Assembly (NCBI GenBank): GCA_041739995.1
Contig: JBGSMV010000009.1
Span: forward strand, 1 to 64,000
Direction of reading: 5' to 3'
Length of the DNA stretch: 64,000 bases
DNA from: Bdellovibrionota bacterium
GTDB taxonomy: Bacteria > Bdellovibrionota_C > UBA2361 > JBGSMV01
Shown: piece after piece, positions 58,623-64,000 of the stretch
Numbering within the stretch: the stretch's first letter is position 1
How the letters are laid out: every line of letters starts with the position of its first letter
Made by a program: the position numbers and the translations under genes
The notes under the pieces: generated by a model
Told to the model about the DNA's origin: nothing
What the model saw: the letters and a program-made list of their open reading frames with translations, nothing else
Database searches by the model: none

Positions 58623-58989
58623 CCATTACCGCATCTGCTAAGTCATCAATCGCCAATAATTTGCTGGCGGCTTCAACATTATAGCTTGAAGCGCGCTCTG
58701 CGATAAATCTCATTTCAATTCGATTCAGAGCCTTCATCAGTTGATCCGCATGGCCTCGTTCCTGACTTATGCTCAAGCCCACTTCTCTGCCGATGGCTAT
58801 TTCCGGGTGTAGCACCACATACCCCCCGAGCGTGAGTTCAGAAAGGATCGTGAATAGTTCGGTAAGGGTAGTTCGACTGGATCTCGCAACCCCTGATGCG
58901 GGAATTGGGGCATCTTGTCCAATCAAGTGGGAGAGCGCAGCGCGTGCCTGCTCAGGCTCTAATATTCGGTCAAGGTCAGAGTCTTCCAT
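58582..58989 (-). CDS. Small partner protein of the nucleotidyltransferase (putative antitoxin)
   Basis: Overlaps the NTase start and is co-oriented; no family recognised. Confidence 0.55.
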   Translation of the reverse strand: MEDSDLDRILEPEQARAALSHLIGQDAPIPASGVARSSRTTLTELFTILSELTLGGYVVLHPEIAIGREVGLSISQERGHADQLMKALNRIEMRFIAERASSYNVEAASKLLAIDDLADAVMVAREQVRKRANFL

Positions 58990-59224
58990 GCCACGCAACT
59001 TTACAACACTAAACCGAGTTACGATATGGAAAGGAGATTAAACGAATTTTAGAGAGAGTTCGGTGGGTTGAAGTGTTGTACTTGATTTGGTTGAGCCCAC
59101 AGTCGCACACAACAACTCCTGGACAGCGATGAGAAAATCACCCAAGCAGAGTAATATTAATGCGGAGGAGCGGAGGCCGCGGAGAGGAGAGGGACGTTTC
59201 GACGGAGTTTCAGGCTCGCCAGAC

Positions 59225-61711
59225 TCAGGAATGACCACCCACTAGAATCTCTGTTTCAAGGCGCTCTCGGTGTTTGTGTTCGAGAGTGATAGAGCCTCCC
59301 AACAGTGAGGTCAGGGGCACCTTGGCGCGCGCAATTGCGGTTATAGTGCCGGGCGCTGGCGAATCAGGCACGACTTCTATTTCACCGCAGCGAGTTGAAT
59401 CGCAGGTTCGTGCCAGCCAAGGAACAGCGGCATAGAGCTCTTCTCGACCAAGCGCTTCCGCCCGGTCTGCAAGAATTTCAGTCGTCCCTGCTTCTCCATC
59501 ACCAAAGTGCGAGAATAAACGCCGACAGCGCGCTTGACCTTGGCAGGCTAACGGAAGCACGCCTTCAAGAAACGGTCCTCCCGGAACACGATCACCAAGA
59601 CCTTGCGTCTGTCCCTCACGAATCTGATAGGCCGTGCAGCTGTTGAGAGGTTCATCGTCTGATTCGATGCGCCTTACGGGGCGTGGTCGTCCGGGAGTAA
59701 AGAACATGTCAGGCAGCAAACGAATCCCCGCGGGAATGTTGTTAGTAGATTCCGCCGCTTCGCGAAGCAGAGCTCCGCGATCGCAAGCGTCGAGATTGTC
59801 GTGGATGCCTACGAAGAGCGAATCTCTTCCCACTCTCTGGTTGGCATCATCGTAGCTGAAGCTCCCGATCGCTAAGTCGTTGCAGCTGTAGCGTGGGTCA
59901 GTGCGTTTGAGAAACTCTGGATCGTTTGGGTCCTCGCTCGGGTTCCCAACCGACTCTCTGCCGGTAGTGACTATTTCGAAGCTAGGATTTGCAGCAACGT
60001 CGGACCAAGTGAGTTTGCCTCTTGGGTACTCACGCAGCGCAGCGGGGAGTGCATCGAAGACAGGAGCTTGAACGGTGCAATCTGATTTTACCCATGTCAC
60101 GGCAGGGTGGGAGACGGCGGTGGGGCCAGTTTCAGACCAGCGCACATTAGACAGAATCGGTTGGAAGGGAATTGCTGCCGCCGCGCTCGCCACGTTGGCT
60201 GGAGTCGCTGGGCAGACCTGAGTGGCACGTGAGGAATTCTGAATTGCGTATGCTGGTGTGCGACCGGGAACAAAGTCTGGCAATTCATCGACGCCGGTGT
60301 TTTGTGGGCACGCGTGTGAAAAGGTTCGAGGGGCGACAGGCGAGACGAACTCGGTGGCGAGATTTGCACCAAAGGAGGCCACTTGATTTGGTCCGACGAC
60401 CCCGCTGCCGAGATGTTCTTGCAGTGCGAGGAACAGGGCGTGAGAGGACGAGTAGGCACTCGGGATAACCTGGTCTATCGACAGCGTTGATTCTGGGCTT
60501 ACTCGTGGTTCCCCAACAAAATATTCTGGGCGCACCGCTCGGCGTTCGGGGACGCATTCGGTAGTCCCGTTATTGGACAGGACTTGGGTACAGGCCGTCT
60601 CTCGATTTTCTTTGTGATTGAACACCGGAGTGTAGACATCCAGGTCAGTGGCGGCCCAGCCAATAGTTGATTGAGCGTTGCAGCCTGCATCTTGGTCGCG
60701 TAGCAGGCGCACTTCTACGCGGTGCTGCTGGTCATAGCTCAGCTCCAAGCGACCGTGCGCCCATTCGCCATGCCCACCGAGGGATGGGTCCACATCATGT
60801 GGTGATGGTGATACTCCGCGCGGGTAAAAGTTGCGGGACATTGACTGAGAATTCAAGCGAAGCTCCTGGCCGCCGAGTCCATTAGTGCTGCCCGAGCCAC
60901 TGCTGATGCGTAGTTCCACACTGCCGCAGCCATTGTCAGCGGAAGAGCTGCCAGTACCTTTAAGATGGAAGACTACGTTCGCGGCGTTTCCGGTGAGTTG
61001 ATCGCAGTCCTCCTCTACGCAGAGAGATCTTGGTTGTGGGCGCGGGAGTTCAATGGTGAAAGCAGTTCTCCAGTTGGTTTCATTTTGAGATGCGCCAAGA
61101 CTAAGCGAAGTGCCTGAGCCAGAGACCTGAGCCGCGATCTGTACCCGTTGGTTCAGTGGGTTACTTGAACTGGGAGATTGAGGAAAGTTTCCTAAACCGT
61201 TGCCCGAGAAACGAAAACCTGGATTACGCGGGTCGCTGCCATATATTTGGGGTACGGTGCCAAGGACTTCAAGCTCTCGGTACTCGACCATCATGCGCGG
61301 GATCGTACCGCTGACTCGGTAGGAGGCTTGGTCGAAGTCGAAGAAAGCTGAGCCTAGACGCGGCGCTCTAAAATCACCTAGCTCTCGCCTTGGTGCGCGA
61401 AAGAACGTTGCTCTTCCAGAGAAGTCTTCGCGTGAAAAGATGAAGCCATCATCAGAGTCGGGCAACGAAAAAAATTCATAGAAACGTTCTCGTTCGTCTC
61501 CTCGAACGGCGGTGCAGACACCGTCAACAGGATACACGCAGCGCAGGGCAGTGGTGGCTGCTTGTTGCATACCGGAGCGCGCTTGTAGCACGGCGGTGAT
61601 GTCTACGGTGGCTAAAGTCGTGAAAAGTAAGAGGGGAAGCGTGAGCGCAAACTCAAGCATTGAGATTCCGCGTGAGGTATTTCTTGAAGCTCGGGGTCTT
61701 TTAGTCACCAT
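59225..61711 (-). CDS. Large TadE-like (Tad minor pilin) protein
   Basis: Basic leader then RG/ISMLEFALTLPLLL (G|xxxxE prepilin motif), then a long Cys-rich extracellular region; SD GAGG. Confidence 0.8.
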   Translation of the reverse strand: MVTKRPRASRNTSRGISMLEFALTLPLLLFTTLATVDITAVLQARSGMQQAATTALRCVYPVDGVCTAVRGDERERFYEFFSLPDSDDGFIFSREDFSGRATFFRAPRRELGDFRAPRLGSAFFDFDQASYRVSGTIPRMMVEYRELEVLGTVPQIYGSDPRNPGFRFSGNGLGNFPQSPSSSNPLNQRVQIAAQVSGSGTSLSLGASQNETNWRTAFTIELPRPQPRSLCVEEDCDQLTGNAANVVFHLKGTGSSSADNGCGSVELRISSGSGSTNGLGGQELRLNSQSMSRNFYPRGVSPSPHDVDPSLGGHGEWAHGRLELSYDQQHRVEVRLLRDQDAGCNAQSTIGWAATDLDVYTPVFNHKENRETACTQVLSNNGTTECVPERRAVRPEYFVGEPRVSPESTLSIDQVIPSAYSSSHALFLALQEHLGSGVVGPNQVASFGANLATEFVSPVAPRTFSHACPQNTGVDELPDFVPGRTPAYAIQNSSRATQVCPATPANVASAAAAIPFQPILSNVRWSETGPTAVSHPAVTWVKSDCTVQAPVFDALPAALREYPRGKLTWSDVAANPSFEIVTTGRESVGNPSEDPNDPEFLKRTDPRYSCNDLAIGSFSYDDANQRVGRDSLFVGIHDNLDACDRGALLREAAESTNNIPAGIRLLPDMFFTPGRPRPVRRIESDDEPLNSCTAYQIREGQTQGLGDRVPGGPFLEGVLPLACQGQARCRRLFSHFGDGEAGTTEILADRAEALGREELYAAVPWLARTCDSTRCGEIEVVPDSPAPGTITAIARAKVPLTSLLGGSITLEHKHRERLETEILVGGHS

Positions 61712-61970
61712 GTCCTCAGCACTCCTGTCTTCTTACTCTTCCTACTTGGCCGCCCGTGTAGGCGCGAAATCCATTCGGAAAATAGAGGCGAAAGTTTCCT
61801 CTGGCGTGTTCTTGCGGCAAACGGACCAAAGCTACCGAGATAGGGTAAAGCACTCAAATAAATAAGTGAGTGAGTTCAAGTAATTAAATCTATTTCCGAC
61901 TGAAACCGACCGATTGAGACACCCGGCGACTGCTGATTGCGCCACAGGCCTAATCCAGTACCTTAAGGGT

Positions 61971-62720
61971 ATGAAAATATTCGTTCCTCTTAAGAGAGTT
62001 CCTGACTACCAGGCCAAGGTTCGGGTCAAGCCCGACGGCTCTGGAATCATCACTGATGGTGTGAAGTGGATAGTAAATCCCTTCGACGAGATCGCGGTTG
62101 AAGAAGCACTACGCCTCAAAGAGGCAGGTAAAGCCACTGAAGTTGTTGTGGCGTGTGTAGGTCCATCAGATACCGCAGCTCAATTACGTTACGCCATGGC
62201 GATGGGTGCCGATCGCGGCATGCTGGCCACCTACGACGGACCATTAGATTCGGATCTTGCCTCGCGCGCACTCGCGGCGCTCTACAAGCGTGAAGAGTTC
62301 GGATTAATTATCATGGGCAAGCAAGCGATTGATTCTGATGCGGGACAAACCGCTCAGTTGATTGCAGAACGGCTTGGTCTTGCGCAGGCCTGCTTCGCAT
62401 CAAAAGTTGTGCTCGAAGATTCAGCGGTTGTGGTGACGCGCGAAATCGACGGAGGACTTGAGGTTCTACGAGTACCGCTTCCTTGTGTAATTTCTACCGA
62501 TTTGCGTCTCAATGAACCGCGCTATGCACCTCTTCCTGGCATTATGAAAGCCAAGAAAAAGCCATTGGAAGAAATTCCAATAGATCAGCTCGGCGTTGAA
62601 CCTAAGCCACTAGTGACTGTGAAGCGCATGACCGCCCCTACCGCGCGTTCTGGCGGGCGGAAGGTTGAGAGTGTGGCGGCCCTTGTAGAAGCACTCCAGC
62701 GTGAAGCGAAAGTCATCTAG
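61971..62720 (+). CDS. etfB: Electron transfer flavoprotein beta
   Basis: MKIFVPLKRVPD, NPFDEIAVEEA, GKQAIDSD and LNEPRY. Confidence 0.96.
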   Translation: MKIFVPLKRVPDYQAKVRVKPDGSGIITDGVKWIVNPFDEIAVEEALRLKEAGKATEVVVACVGPSDTAAQLRYAMAMGADRGMLATYDGPLDSDLASRALAALYKREEFGLIIMGKQAIDSDAGQTAQLIAERLGLAQACFASKVVLEDSAVVVTREIDGGLEVLRVPLPCVISTDLRLNEPRYAPLPGIMKAKKKPLEEIPIDQLGVEPKPLVTVKRMTAPTARSGGRKVESVAALVEALQREAKVI

Positions 62721-62784
62721 GCGTGCTCGATGAAAGAAGGGCAGCGCCCCTGAATTGGTTTGTTGGATCTTGAAAGGATATGAA

Positions 62785-63759
62785 ATGGGTTCGATATTAG
62801 TATTTCTGCAGCAGAGTGACGGGAAAATTCTAAAAGCGAGTCTTGTCGCCCTCGAAGCGGCCAAGCAACTCAAAACTGCCTGGGGACTCTCGGATGTTTG
62901 TGGAGTGTGTTTAGGCGCTGGCGCTTCTGCTGCAGCTCAGGACGCAACCAAGTATGGAGTAAGTCGCGTGCTTTCGTGCGACGACGCAGCGCTCGCTCAG
63001 TATCGTGCGGTGCCATATGCCGAAGCGATTGTGGCAGCAGTCAAACAGGTTGGTGCCACCACAGTAGTGGGGCCCGCGAGCAGTTCCGGTAAAGATTGCT
63101 TCCCGCGAGTCGCTGCCAAGCTCGACGCGGTCCAGCTCTCAGACATTATTGCCGTCAACAGTGACGGAACAATCAAGCGACCAATGTATGCCGGAAATGT
63201 GCTTGCAGACGTTGAGGTGTCCCAGCCGAACCGAGTGGTTACGGTTCGCGCTACTGCTTTCACTCCTGCTGCTCCGGGTGGTAGCGCGGGTGCCCTGGAA
63301 GCGCTATCAGTAACCTTCTCCGCGACGGCGATTGCGGGAGAAATAGTGAGTTATGAAATCTCTGGTGGCGGACGACCAGAACTTGGGGATGCCGAAGTGG
63401 TAGTGAGCGGCGGGCGTGCGCTCGCATCAGGCGAGAACTTCGAGAAATTTATTTTTCCATTGGCAGATGTGTTCGGAGCGGCAGTAGGCGCTTCGCGTGC
63501 GGCGGTTGATTCCGGATACGCACCTAACGATTGGCAGGTGGGGCAGACTGGGAAAGTGGTCGCCCCTAACCTTTATGTGGCAGTGGGAATTTCTGGGGCC
63601 ATTCAGCACTTGGCAGGAATGAAGGATTCTAAAGTTATTGTTGCCATCAACAAGGATCCTGATGCACCTATTTTTGAGGTTGCTGACTTTGGCCTCGTCG
63701 CAGATTTGTTTACGGCCGTTCCAGAGCTAGTGGAGGCGGTGAAGGGCGCGAAGGCGTAA
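62785..63759 (+). CDS. etfA: Electron transfer flavoprotein alpha
   Basis: [28 protein letters not shown] and [11 protein letters not shown]. Confidence 0.96.
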   Translation: MGSILVFLQQSDGKILKASLVALEAAKQLKTAWGLSDVCGVCLGAGASAAAQDATKYGVSRVLSCDDAALAQYRAVPYAEAIVAAVKQVGATTVVGPASSSGKDCFPRVAAKLDAVQLSDIIAVNSDGTIKRPMYAGNVLADVEVSQPNRVVTVRATAFTPAAPGGSAGALEALSVTFSATAIAGEIVSYEISGGGRPELGDAEVVVSGGRALASGENFEKFIFPLADVFGAAVGASRAAVDSGYAPNDWQVGQTGKVVAPNLYVAVGISGAIQHLAGMKDSKVIVAINKDPDAPIFEVADFGLVADLFTAVPELVEAVKGAKA

Positions 63760-63920
63760 GGGTTGTAGTGCAGACCTCCCCGCTCTTTATTTGATCCCTT
63801 AATTCCAGAACTTTAATTTCTTGATTTTCGATTGAACCTCACTCGCCCACGCTACGAAATTTTTGGCAAATAACTCCAAGACTCGCCAGGGCACGCAGCA
63901 GCACGTGTCGAGCTCACCGC

Positions 63921-63963
63921 GCTGTTCCTGTTATCGCTGTTCCTGTTATCACTGTTCGTTATC
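63921..63963 (+). repeat. 15-bp tandem repeat (~3 units)
   Basis: GCTGTTCCTGTTATC x2 plus ACTGTTCGTTATC. Confidence 0.8.
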
Positions 63964-64000
63964 CTGCGGCTTCCACTGCAAAGCGCGGTTGCCGACGGCG

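Noticed and set aside
61802..61816. Sigma54-like TGGCGTGTTCTTGC
   Set aside because: GG-GC spacing is 9 nt, not the required 10.
63780..64000. Possible 3' end of a minus-strand gene at the window edge
   Set aside because: Several short open frames, none assignable without downstream sequence.

Overview
64-kb bacterial chromosomal segment (roughly 50-55% GC by eye). Gene content, including a Bdellovibrio Bd0055-type histone, plsB and an HDOD protein, suggests a Bdellovibrionota/deltaproteobacteria-like organism (inference). From left to right: an alpha/CS1-type chaperone-usher fimbrial cluster with three pilin-like genes and an inserted AMIN gene; a phd/vapC TA pair; an aminotransferase fused to a MurF-like domain; HTTM genes and a GT39-DUF2298 (YYY) glycosyltransferase; doc-type and mazEF-type TA pairs; a sigma54-preceded unknown gene; a PAS kinase, HDOD protein and plsB; a housekeeping run (rpoZ-spoT-htrA-mutL-miaA-accA-infA); a small accessory patch with a homopolymer frameshift and an attC-like remnant; a Ser/Thr kinase, LysM lipoprotein, coaD, ndk, rlmN, histone and cold-shock gene; a hybrid kinase, dusB, an mlaF-like ATPase and a split Ski2/HelY helicase; a nucleotidyltransferase TA-like pair; a giant TadE-like pilin; and etfBA. 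A three-copy MITE-like element with CTAG ends is present. I saw no rRNA, tRNA, CRISPR array or transposase. All family calls are from motif recognition by eye, not database searches.
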